From the human T2T-CHM13v2.0 reference genome, Homo sapiens: a DNA stretch of 64,000 bases. Below, piece by piece: positions 1 to 14,516 of the stretch (within the stretch, counting starts at the first letter, position 1; each line of letters starts with the position of its first letter). The translations under genes were made by a program, and so were the position numbers. The stretch lies in assembly GCF_009914755.1 (NCBI RefSeq), contig NC_060932.1; one strand, given 5' to 3'. The notes below the pieces were generated by a model. It was not told where the DNA came from. It worked only from the letters and a program-made list of their open reading frames with translations, and made no database searches.

Positions 1-599
1 AAAAACTCTTCAAACGGTTTCTGAAATAACTTAATGAATTTCAGCATTGTATGCTTATTTAAAATATTAGATATATGTCTTGAAACCTGTAATCAAGTCA
101 AAGTGCTTTTATAATATTTCTACAGGAATAAAATTAAGTGTGCTCCAATCAAACCCACACGTATTGTTATTACATTTTATTCACCAAAGAGGTGTATCAG
201 ATGTTAGTTGTTTATGACCACAACTATTTTATATTATTTGGACATGTTTTAAAAACATAGGTAATTTCAAGCTTCCAGTGGCCCAAGCAGCACCATCCCC
301 TCACCCAGAGAGGAGAACCTCCCAGGTCAGCTTCTACCTTCCCAGCAGTAGCTCCCCTGTCTGATGTTTGCTTTGAGCCTGTCTAGACCAATCCATCATG
401 TCCTCCATCCCTGTCACCTCGGTCACCACAAGAATCCCGGATTCTGTGTCGTACCCGACCCTCCATCTCATTTTATTCTCATCCCAAATACCGGAAAAAC
501 TCACCTCCCATCTAATCCTCCTTCTTTGAGAATTCCCTTAACATTCCACCTGAAGCTGGCGTCCCCTCTCTTGAACATAGTCCCCGCAGCCCTGTCCAG

Positions 600-3235
<2,636 letters not shown>

Positions 3236-3382
3236 CGAAAGTAATTTTTGCAAAGCCAAACTATGTTTGAGGCATATTGAGTGATACAAAGATGAGCAGT
3301 GGGGGGCAAAAAATAAGTTTTATGAAGGTGATGTTTAATATTAAATATGAACATTTTTAAAACTCACTTAAATTTTAGCTAG

Positions 3383-3420
3383 TAATGGCAAAAATGGCAA
3401 TTTCTTTTGCACCAACCTAA
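3383..3420. mobile_element. MADE1 (mariner MITE), half element
   Basis: taatggcaaaaatggcaatttcttttgcaccaacctaa matches one Hsmar1-type terminal inverted repeat. Confidence 0.8.
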
Positions 3421-3629
3421 GTAATGTGAATTTATATTAAATCCATTAATATTTATCTTACACTATATTAAACTTATGTTTATAATATTAATATTTAAAT
3501 TTTACTTATATTTTCCTATTTATGTTTAAATTTATTTGGATGGCACATATAAATGAAAGTTGAATAGCCATAAGCAAGACTTGAACTAAATATGTTCTAT
3601 GGGTACACAGTAAGTGAGGCAATAACAAC

Positions 3630-3850
3630 AACAGGCCCTTACACTCTACCAGCCACACTTCCATGCACTTCACATTTATTTCGCTCATTGAATTTTTCCA
3701 AAAAGCCTATGATGTCAGTCATCCGATATGATTATCCTCTTTTGGAAATATGGAAACCGAGGCACAAGAGGATTAGTCATTTTCTCAAGGCTAAAAACTA
3801 AGTAATAAAACTGAGGTTTAAACTAGCATGTCGTGACTATGCTGGACACT
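3630..3850 (-). mobile_element. MIR
   Basis: Core attatcctcttttggaaatatggaaaccgaggcacaagagg...ctcaaggct. Confidence 0.7.
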
Positions 3851-4149
3851 TTCTCAAATCAATGCTGCATCCATGGTACAGCGTTCAGAAGAGATTTTCA
3901 GACTATTGCCTTAGCATTGGTTATTTCACATAGGAGAAGTACTCTTACTTCCTGGAATCCACCATAAATCCTTTGTCAACACAATGTATTTTACTCAAAG
4001 GAGACTAACCCGTGGTTTTGCATCAATGGAAATGCTTAGCTTGGAAAAGAGAAGTCAAAAAAGGAAAATGATATTATCATAGCATATTGAAATAACTTTC
4101 ACTTAGTTTTTTTCTCATTTTTTTTTTCTTCTCAATTTCCTAAGAATAG

Positions 4150-4345
4150 AAATGGTTTAGATTCTGGCACAAACTACTTGTTACCTGCGTGAACATAAGC
4201 GAGTTTCTTAACCTCAGTTGTCAATTGTAAAATGAAGATTTTAACGCCCATCTATAGTTGTGTTTGAAAGAGTGAAGTGAAGTCAATGTGCAACACCCAG
4301 CACAGCGGCTTAACAAAAAATTATAGTAAGTGCCATGAAACCATC
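4150..4345 (+). mobile_element. MIR
   Basis: ttcttaacctcagttgtcaattgtaaaatgaagat core. Confidence 0.65.
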
Positions 4346-5781
4346 ACCATGGATTCAGAAATACACTATACAAAACGTGAGTTTGTTTGTTGACAATCAA
4401 AAAAGAAAAAAAGAAAAACAAGGTTTTGCTTGGCATTGCATTATCCTCGCATGAGACACATCACTCATCGCTAAGCTCCATAAAACAGGATGTGTCTATT
4501 GCTTCTTATGAAACCATCTTTGAAGTTAGTGCACCACCAGACACCCCAGAAACAGTTTAAGCTGTATTTGAGTTTGTTGAGTGATTTTAGACACATGCCC
4601 TGGGCGGAGCAGTGCGTGCCTCCAAGACACAGCTTAGAAGTGATCCACTCACCACTTTAGAAATGCATGTGGTTATTTTTGGTCAATCCTAATATTTGCT
4701 CCAAGGAGCATCTCGTTTCCTTTAATTAGTATCCTGAGTAATGCCTTCTGTTCTGCTCGCCTGTCCTGTAACAGACATGGCTGTGACGAGTGAGAGGGCA
4801 ATTCATTCAGACTGGCTTGTGTTAGAACTGGCTGCTGGAAACAATGCCAGCAACTTTATTTTTGGTCTATTAGTAAAATGACAGCACTAATTCATTTCAC
4901 AGCGGAACCAAACAGCTGTCAGATGGCAGTGAGCATAATCGTGCACACATTAGAATTTAGATATGCTGAGTAGGATTTTTCCACTGGCACCGCATTCTAC
5001 TGTAATGTGCTCCAAAGTCCCCCCAAATGGTGCAAGTGGCTCTCCTGGTGCATTTGCCCTCAGATAGTGCAATTCAAACAAAACAAACCCTTTGCAATTG
5101 GGCTTCCAGTTGTGAATTCAACACACTCAAAATGACAGAATTTAGGGAAAGAGAGATGACAATTAGATGATTCATGAAACTCAACTTTTACTTCCCCAAC
5201 CTCATAAAAATGATACCCCAAGAGCCACAAATTTCAAATTTCTGATAAATCTACTCATCATCCTCTGGGCATTAATTAGATGGGAACAAGGAATTTGACT
5301 AGTTGATATTACTTTTCATTCTAAGAAGTTTGAGGAGCACAGAGTCCTGCCTTCTGTAGGCATATGAGCTTCTGAGACAGATAAGACACCCACACCAAGG
5401 AAAGTGACCGGAGGCTGGGACTGGCCACACAACAGGAAGCATGGGCACTCCTCCTGGCCATGCCTTACACAAAAACTACACAAAGAAAACTTTCAACAAG
5501 CTTGTGATGTCCAAATGATACCAGAGAATGTATTGTTTGCCAACAAAGAAAAAAATAATTTACTAGAACTCCTGAGTCATCTGGTGTTTGATGAAGGTGA
5601 CTAACAAAGTTGTCTTGTCAGTTACAGCAAAACTATTAAAATGTCCACTGTAAATACAGCTCGTATTGAGGGCCATTTACTTTCTCTATTGTGCATTGAG
5701 AAAGTGGGTTAAATAACAAGACCAAGCTGACTTAAAAGGGAAGAGTATCTTGTTTCCTAAACGAGGAAAATGTTCTAGCTT

Positions 5782-5986
5782 TAGGGTTGGGATTCCACAC
5801 CATAGCTACAGGTCCCCTGTCTTGGTAAATAAAGATTTATTGAAACACGGCCAAGGTCACTCAAGTATTGTCTATGGCGCTTTCATACTGTAGCAGCAGA
5901 GTTGGGTAGTTACCACAGACACCAGATGAGCTGCAAAGCCAAAAGAATAACTCTGGCCCTTTACCAAAGAAGTTTGCCAGTCCTCT
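5782..5986. mobile_element. MER58A-like hAT-Charlie MITE
   Basis: gtaaataaagatttattgaaacacggcca...gcagagttgggtagtt...ctggccctttaccaaagaagtttgcc. Confidence 0.8.
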
Positions 5987-8576
5987 TTAGAGTGATCACC
6001 CCTGAATTCCAGCTCTTCTATGCCACAGGATGTCAATGGAATGTTTAAAAAATGACCTTAACTTTTGGAGTAATTTCATAGGAATAAAATCACTGCTATA
6101 ATATATAAGGGATGAAATGAAAACATATACAATAACTTTTTTAAAACTCAATTTTTACTATGACTCTTGTTTAACAGGCTAGAAGGCAACTTGTGTTTAG
6201 GTTGCTGCAAATTCAAACAATTGAATTAAATGTGATTAAATCAAAAGTATGTTGTAAAACGTAATTTTGTATATAATAAATTTCATTGTACTCTGTTGTA
6301 TTTTTACAGTGTTTAAATTCAGAGTACAGATATCTTGTGCTAATTTCATATAGTAATGTATAAATGAAATGATACCTCACTTAAATTTCTAGGAATTTCA
6401 GTGTTAAATATATTGGAATTCATTGTAAATACAAGTTAATTAGTGCCTTTGTCTTTGTGAACTTCATACAAATTTAAATTTGTTATCACGATATTCATAA
6501 ATAGCTGTAGTTTTTCCATGATTCATGCATGTAAGCATTCCTTTAAAAACAGTCAAGTAAATACAGAAATTTTGATACACATGTCAGTATTGTGGCATAT
6601 GAGAAGGTTTTGAACAAGTGTGAAAGTCTTAAAAAATGAAAAATCAGATGTGGAATGTTGAAAGCTCATATTTATGAGTTAAGATGGATAACACATCCAA
6701 AGCTGAAACGTGTTCAGCATCTTATTCCTGCACAAAATCTCCCATTTGTTATCCTCCTACACCCGGCAAAAATCACAGGAGAAAACTGCAAGTCCCCACA
6801 CACCAGCTGTCCACTTACTCACCCTCCTCCCCTCCCCAAATGTAGCTTTCCATTCCATTATTCTAATATTTAAAAGCATGCTTCACAAAAAGTTTATGCC
6901 TGAATGGAAAAACAAAATGGAAACTTCGAGTACACATGTGATTTAAATGACTACCAAAGCTTAGTCAGATGTATACAAATCAGTGTTGCAAGTTGACAGG
7001 CCCCAGGCCATTCCTCCTTCCTTATTGGTGGTGTTTCTCTCTCCTCAGAGGATACGAAAGAATATAAGGTTATATTATGAAAGAACCAGTGTCAAAAACG
7101 TCTTCAAGTAAGCTACTTAAAACAAACTGGGAAGCTGTCTGGAAAGGGCGTATCATCCTCTACTGTCAAAAAAGAGGCATTTTACCCTATGAAAGGATTC
7201 TCCATTGATCAGGTTTTAAAGAAAAGAATTGGGAGAATACAAATAACTGCATGAATTATTGACTGTTTTTAATAGCTTAATTTTACTTCTTTATCTCAAG
7301 CTTCTAAACAATTCTTGGACATAAAGATTTTCCTATTTAGATTTATATTACTCTGATTTGCACCAATGAATGAAAAGTGAAGGAAGCAATTAAGAAATGT
7401 CTGATAATGGAAAATGTACTCTATATGACACCATTTCAAGTTGATCAATTAAATCAATAGTTCATTTTCTTGAAACCAAGAATAAGCCCATAGTTGACCA
7501 GCTCTCAGAATATGAACCTTGTAGAGGTCAACAGAGTATCTATTGTGCAGGTGAGGCCATCAGCTGCCATTTTTCTGGCTCCATTTAAAGAAAAAAAATA
7601 GCACAATAAAGGGGGAAACCTTTTAGACTAACATATCCTTTGAAAAATATACTTACGTTTAGAAACACAGATCCTTGTTTGATAGTAAACCATCAACTTT
7701 AGGTAGCAAGAACATCAGAAATCATAAATTTACATGTTGCATTCAAATTCAGAAAGGGAAATGAACTGTGAATTCTTTGCCGACTGATTTAAGAACTCTG
7801 AAGACAAAACAAATATCTGTATCACTTTGTCATTTGGGTGCACATTCGGCATTGAATTTATTGGATAGCAGACTGTGAAGCCTTTTTTAAAGTTTAGCAT
7901 CTGCATATGGCTATAAATTATATTTAATGTACTATACCTGTATTTTACAAAATGACCTTCAAATGGGAGATTTTTAAAAAATTATCTACAAAATGGAAAT
8001 GAATTTGATTGATGAAATTCGAATGCATTTTTACCTTAATTTACATACTTCCTACTTATTTCCAGTGTTCTCGGCTTTGTGTTAAGTCAATATATGTGTT
8101 TTTTCTTCTCTTAATCCAAATCTATGTCATTCTCTCACATCTTCTCCTCGAATTGCCTCAGACTAACAAAAGATAATTTACCCTTTCTCAGTGATTTTCA
8201 CCCCATATTCTTGTCATTTTAGAATAAAAACAAATCAACAACAAAAAACAGCAAGAATGCCTATCTACCTAAGTTGATATTTGAGAACAATAAAAATGTA
8301 ACCCTAACCAAAATATGTAACTAGGCAGCTCATTGTTAATTCAGAACATGCCACTCAACACTTCAGCAGGGATGAATTTGTTCTGTGTACTCTGACTTAG
8401 AAGAGTATAGATTCATCATTATTTGACTTTTTTTCTTTTTTTTTTTTTTTTAACACATAAACCAGATAAAGAGACAAAGCACAGAGAAGGAGAAGGTGGA
8501 CACAGGCTTCCCAAGATGGCAAAGGAACATTAGCACAGGGCATAACTGTTCCAGGAGAATGTAATATCATACATAA

Positions 8577-8902
<326 letters not shown>

Positions 8903-9009
8903 CCATACTTTATAATCTTTGAAGCCATCTTCTAGGCTAATCTAGGCCAAATGGAAGGAGAAATTAAAAGTTTTCTATACCAGATACTGAACCAAACAGT
9001 TTAGGTAAC

Positions 9010-9180
9010 TAATTCTGTAAGCCTCATGCCAACTCTCTAAGGTAGGTACCATTTATTTTTCATTTCACAAGGGAAAACAAATTGAGGTAATGAGCGCTTA
9101 GTCACCAGCACAATGGTCACACTCATAGTGACTGGGAAACTGCATGGAACCCACACCTCAGAATTCATGTGCTTATCCAC
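9010..9180 (-). mobile_element. MIR fragment
   Basis: aggtaggtaccatttatttttcatttcacaagggaaaacaaattgagg...ggtcacact. Confidence 0.55.
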
Positions 9181-9587
9181 ATGTAAATATTTAAATTAAT
9201 TTTCCCTAACACTTTGCATTTCTAGCGTCCAGATAGTATATAGCCAATATTTGATGGTGTTTAAATAGAAAGTCATCTGATTTCTAGTTACTGTATAAGA
9301 GAGACAGAAAGAGACTATTAGACATCATCCACTCTCATTTTTGCTTATTGAAGTTCATTTTAAATAATGACCAATTTTTGTTTTTCATTTATCTGAAATT
9401 ATGTATTACCAAATGTAATGTATATGCATGTAAACATGGAGAAATTTGCCCCTGACACAAGAGTATACTGGAAAAAAATTAATAAAAAAATCTTGGGAGA
9501 GAAGTATGTACAGAAGATAAAATTATGATTAAGATGAAAAATATTAAGAAATGAAAGTATAACAACTCATGAGTTGAGACTCCCCTC

Positions 9588-9994
9588 TGCAATGGTTTGA
9601 ATATGGTTTGTCTCCACCAAAACATGTTGAAATTTAACTGTCAGTGTAATAAGTTTGGAAGGAGGAGGGCTTAGAGGTTATAAGTTCAATAAGATCAATG
9701 AATGTCTTTCTCTTCAGACTAGATTTGTTCTAGTGGGACTAGGTTAGTTATTGAAACAGTGGATTGTTATACAGTGAGGTTGCCCCTGTGTCTTACCTCT
9801 TTTGCATTCATGCTTCCCGTTTTGCTGGTCCACCATGTGATACCACTCCACCCGTTTATGAGGAAACCCAAGGCCCCCTCCACGTGTGGCCACCTGATCT
9901 TCAATCTCCCAACCTCCATAACCATGAGATACATCTCTTTCCTTTATAAATTACCCAGTCTCAGGTAACACAGCAACATAAAATGAACTAGGAA
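9588..9994 (+). mobile_element. ERVL-MaLR solo LTR (MSTC/MSTD-like)
   Basis: Starts tgcaatggtttgaatatggtttgtctccaccaaaac; ends tttataaattacccagtctcaggt...gaactagga. Confidence 0.8.
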
Positions 9995-10774
9995 ACCCAT
10001 CAAGTACAAATATTAATTAATACATATTTTGTTACTGAAAATTGATTATGAAATGGGCTCTATGGAGTTAACTTGCCCTTTACTATATTCCTTTTAGACA
10101 AGTAACTATTTCTGTGAGTGGATTTCTATCAAGAGCACCTTGATTTGTTACATTAAAAAAAAATCAGCCACAGTGCTGGTCTTAGAATTCATTAACCATT
10201 TGAAAAAATACACAGCAAAGGACTTTTAATTACTTGGTTCTATTTTTCATTCAAATTCCAATTAAGAGCCAGAGATCCACTTAACAATATTCATTCCCAC
10301 ATTATCATCAGACATTTCTTAACTCTATAGTATTCATTAATTAATTTTTTCTGTGCTCATTGCAATGAGCTAAATAACAGTTATACGGAGAAAAATACAG
10401 CAATCCTTCCACCTGCTCATTCCATTCTTCTCAAACCTAATTTATTTTCACAATTCACATTTTCTCCTACACGTTTCTGAATGCTCACGAAAGCATATAT
10501 ATATGTGTGCTATGTATTTGTACATATAGACGTTCACATACCTATCCAAGTACTTTATCTTTTCACCAAAATGGAATCACGTGGCATATGCATTCACATA
10601 GCTATGCAAATACTTTTATTTATATTTTTACCAAAATGGAATTATGTTGCATTTTTTTTCACTTTAATGTACCATGCACATCTTCTGAGGTCAATACACA
10701 TAGGACTAAAAGGAATTATTTTTAATAGTACTAGAACTTACGATTTTTGATGAAAAGTACACAGCAACATAGCT

Positions 10775-10778
<4 letters not shown>

Positions 10779-10808
<30 letters not shown>
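10779..10808. repeat. (GT)n microsatellite
   Basis: About 15 perfect GT units. Confidence 0.95.
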
Positions 10809-10810
<2 letters not shown>

Positions 10811-10949
10811 CCAGGGCAAATGATTAGCTAAATATCTCAATGTGCCTCTGATATAGTTCAGATATTTCTCAACGTGCAAGAGTGCGTGCGTGTGTGTGCA
10901 TGTGTGTTTAGCCAGGGCAAATGATTAGCTAAATATCTCAATGTGCCTC

Positions 10950-11374
10950 TCATATAGTTCGGATATCTGTCAACGTGCAAACCTCATGTTAAATTGTAAC
11001 CCCCAGTATTGGAGGTAGGGCCTGGTAGGAGGTGACTAGATCATGGTGGGGCAGATTTCTCATGAATAGTTTACCACCATCCTCTCGGTTGCTCTCCTGG
11101 ACACAGCGCAAAAGATTCACCAAAATTGAACTGAAAAGTGTGTGGCACCTCTCACTCCTCCCCTTGCTTCCGCATTTGCCATGTGTTGCGCTGGCTCCTC
11201 CTTTGCCTTCTACCATGATTGGAAGCTTCCCGAGGCCTCAACAGAAGCCGGGCAGATGCCAGTACCACGGTTCCTGTCCAGCCTGCAGAACTGTGAACCA
11301 ATTACACCTATTTTATCGGAAAATTACCCAGTCTCCGGTATTTCTTTATACTAATACAAGAATGGACTAATACA
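10950..11374 (+). mobile_element. ERVL-MaLR solo LTR (MSTA/MSTB-like)
   Basis: acctcatgttaaattgtaaccccc...ttacccagtctccggtatttctttata...ggactaataca; 5-bp TSD GCCTC at 10945-10949 and 11375-11379. Confidence 0.9.
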
Positions 11375-11759
11375 GCCTCACAAGTGGAATTTCTCTTAAT
11401 GAAGTTGCAATGGTCTATTCCAACGGAATCAGAAACTAGATTTTCTGATGCTAAGATTTTCAGGGTTAAATGTATATTAAGTTCACGTAACCAACATATA
11501 AAGACATAGTGAAAAGTTAATAAATTACAGCTTATAGGAATTAGACTACTTACATTGATACCTATACTGATATGACAGTTTTATTATTTTTATTTAACTC
11601 ACTCTAGGCCTGTATGTGAAACCAAATTGTAATGGAAGAATGCCTGCTCAAACAAGGAATTCAGAACAAGAAAAAGAAAGACATAAGATAACTGACAACA
11701 ATCAGATAAAAGAAAAGTTGACGCCTCAGGTTAACAGAACTTGTATCATCAATGGACAG

Positions 11760-11910
11760 AAGCCATCTTTATCTTTTCAGTAGTTATGAGATTTTTGACA
11801 ACTTGAAGTCTATACAATGTTCTTTCCAGAAAAATAGACTTACAAAATTACGCATATAATTTCACAGCTTCATGGAAAGAGATATTTCATGGCCCTCAAA
11901 TTAAGAAAGA
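11760..11910. mobile_element. MER117-like hAT-Charlie remnant
   Basis: tttccagaaaaatagacttacaaaattacgcatataatttcac...catggccctcaaattaagaa resembles my recall of MER117. Confidence 0.45.
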
Positions 11911-12351
11911 TGGATATATAGAATATGGACAGTCTCACAGTGGACCAGAATAATCAGAGTTAACACCTTAAATTCACAAACATCCCAGGGAGGGTTGCTC
12001 AGTTGACTGCAACCATCAGGGTGCAACTGTGAGCTGGCTAAGCTTTCCTTTCCTTGAGGCTGATCCTCAATGACACAGCTTCTCCTTGGGCTCTGTGCTT
12101 TTAACTACGCTCGTGGGGCTGCCCAAACCAATTCTATCATTCATTCTTTTATCCGACACATTAGAAGTCACAGGTAGCACATAAGCCTCGCTAGATTAGC
12201 TAAATTTGTTTCTTTAGGGCAGTTCAGCGTCTCTCTTCTAATGACTTGATTGTCTTAAAGCTGTACTTTCAGAAGGCAATTATATCTCTGCTATATCCCT
12301 ACTTTTAGAAGATGTTAGTGTTCATGTACTGACAGCACTAATTCTTTTAAA

Positions 12352-12476
12352 AAATTATTTTATCATAGCAAGAACGCTTATTATGAGATCTACCCTTATA
12401 ACGAATATTCAGTTGCACAAGACAGCACTGTTGACTATACACGCAATGGTGTACCGCGGATCCCAAGAACTTACCC
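12352..12476 (-). mobile_element. L1MA/L1MB 3'-end fragment
   Basis: agaacgcttattatgagatctaccctt...ttgcacaagacagcactgttgactata...gatcccaagaacttac. Confidence 0.7.
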
Positions 12477-13663
12477 AGTGAATATTTTCCAATGTCATTT
12501 AACATTGATTAGGGGTTCTAATACAGCTAGTGTTCAAAACCCCTGCAAATGGAGGACAAACGAGAGATTTCGGTAGCTTCTGGCAACTAAGCCTAGAGAT
12601 AACTAAGGTGAGGACCCTACTTCTACTTGTTATGAAATGAGGAAGGAATGTGTTTACAGGAAGGATACCTGGGTTTACCAGTCTAAGTTACCTAATTAGC
12701 CCAGAGGAAAGTAATTATTGAAATTTTGCATTTGTTTCAAGCTCTATAATTGTTATAAATCTACAACAATGTTACACTATGGGCTAATGGAGAGCCAGCT
12801 GCTCTTCTTGTGCTAGCACGTTCTTGAAAAGGAAACATTTCTATCCTGCCAGGTGCATCATGCATGCTCCATGCTTTAATTCAGGTGGAGTTTGGGTTAT
12901 CACTTCAAGGGAGAAATAAATCAGTGCTGACATTCTAAATAAAGCTTTGAGCTTGAAGAGTAATAATCTAGCTGCTCTTTCTAAATCCAGATCCACAGGT
13001 GTTAAAGAAAATCATGCTTGAGGGATGTGTCAGAGGGAAATGCCACACATATTCAGCCAACAGAGTGACACCCTGGTAAGAGGAAGCCCCGCCCATCCTA
13101 AATCACTTCCTGAAACCCGAAGAAAAGGTCTCTCTAGCAGCCCAGATTCACTTTTCTCTGGTGAAAATTCAAGGACTGTATAGAACTGTAGGCCATTTTC
13201 TTTCATAAAATAAATGTTCAATGGATTAATAAATACTGATCCCTCATTTTCTGTTTGTGAGGATTAAATTTCATATCCTATACTGAGCAATATTTTTAAG
13301 AGGATCTGCTTATGCATAGTTTATAAGTAATAAACTACGATCCATACTATAGATCATATAATCTCTTTATCTTTAAATCAATTCAGTGATTTTTTTTAAA
13401 CTTCTGCATGCGTGGGTGTGTTCACTAGAAAGAAAATCAAATTCAAATTTTTCAATACCAATACTTACTGGCAGTTTTTCTTTCAGGTTTTGAGGAAATA
13501 TGAACTACTAGAAAAAGTTAAGTTGTGGTTGAGTTCAGATTTTTATCCAAAAATATTTTTGAGTATGTATCATGTGCCAAGTGTCAAGGATTCAAATTTT
13601 CCTTAGAGTTAGTTATTGCCCTCAAGGGTACAAAGAGTAATGGCCAGAGAGTAGGCATATGAG

Positions 13664-13677
13664 GTGCCATCTACTGG
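13664..13677 (-). promoter_or_regulatory. Candidate CTCF binding site
   Basis: Minus strand CCAGTAGATGGCAC matches core consensus CCASYAGRKGGCRS at every position. Motif evidence only. Confidence 0.5.
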
Positions 13678-13999
13678 CTTCCATTAAGTGCTCTGGGAAT
13701 TCAGAATTCATTTAATCCATGTTCTGTCTTCTCCCTGCATTTATTTTGGGACAATATAACTATCACTTAAAAGCCAAAATGTGATAAATTGTCACATAGA
13801 AGCATAGGCAAGCAAAAATGCTATCCTTCGTTTCATAGTCCAGTGAAAGTAATTCAGCTTTTTTTGCAAAGGATCTCACGGAGTAAGTTTTCTATTGCAA
13901 GGATGAAATAACGTAAACTCAATTTTCTACCCTTCAGATAGGGCAGAAAGGCTCAGCTCCAGGCTCTCTGAGCTCCAGAGAACCCAGGCTCAGGATCAT

Positions 14000-14516
14000 C
14001 CGCCTCCGCTCCCCACTGAACTCAGCCTCCATCAACTCCGCCTCACTTCTGCACCCCCTCCTCCTGTAAACCACATTGCTAAGCATTCTCAAAGACAGGC
14101 ATCTGTTTTTCTCTATGCTTCTGCAGGGATTCCTCCTTACTCAGGAAGATCCTTCTGTTGTCTCTCTTCCTTGAGACCTTCTATTCCGGGTTTGACACAA
14201 AGTAGGCATTTAGCGCACGTGCTTTAATAACACGCTCTTCAGGTCGTGGCCTGAGCCCACTCTGTGATGGCCTCTACATGGCCCACGTAGACCTGCTCTT
14301 TCCCTTGCTCTTCCGCCCTGTTTTATAAAGCCGGAATGACTATTGAGTCACACCAATTACACCAGTGTTCTGTTTGATTGTTTCATTCTCCTTCACTAGT
14401 CACTGACAATAAGCAGTATTCATTTCATCTTTGTATTCCTGTAACTTAACTCAGTATTGTGTCTCTGGTAGAGGCCCCGTGAATGCTGATTAAATAAATG
14501 AGAGAAGAAATGAATG
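14000..14516 (+). mobile_element. L2 3' fragment
   Basis: tttcatctttgtattcctgtaacttaactcagt...gtagaggccccgtgaatgctgattaaataaatga. Confidence 0.55.
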
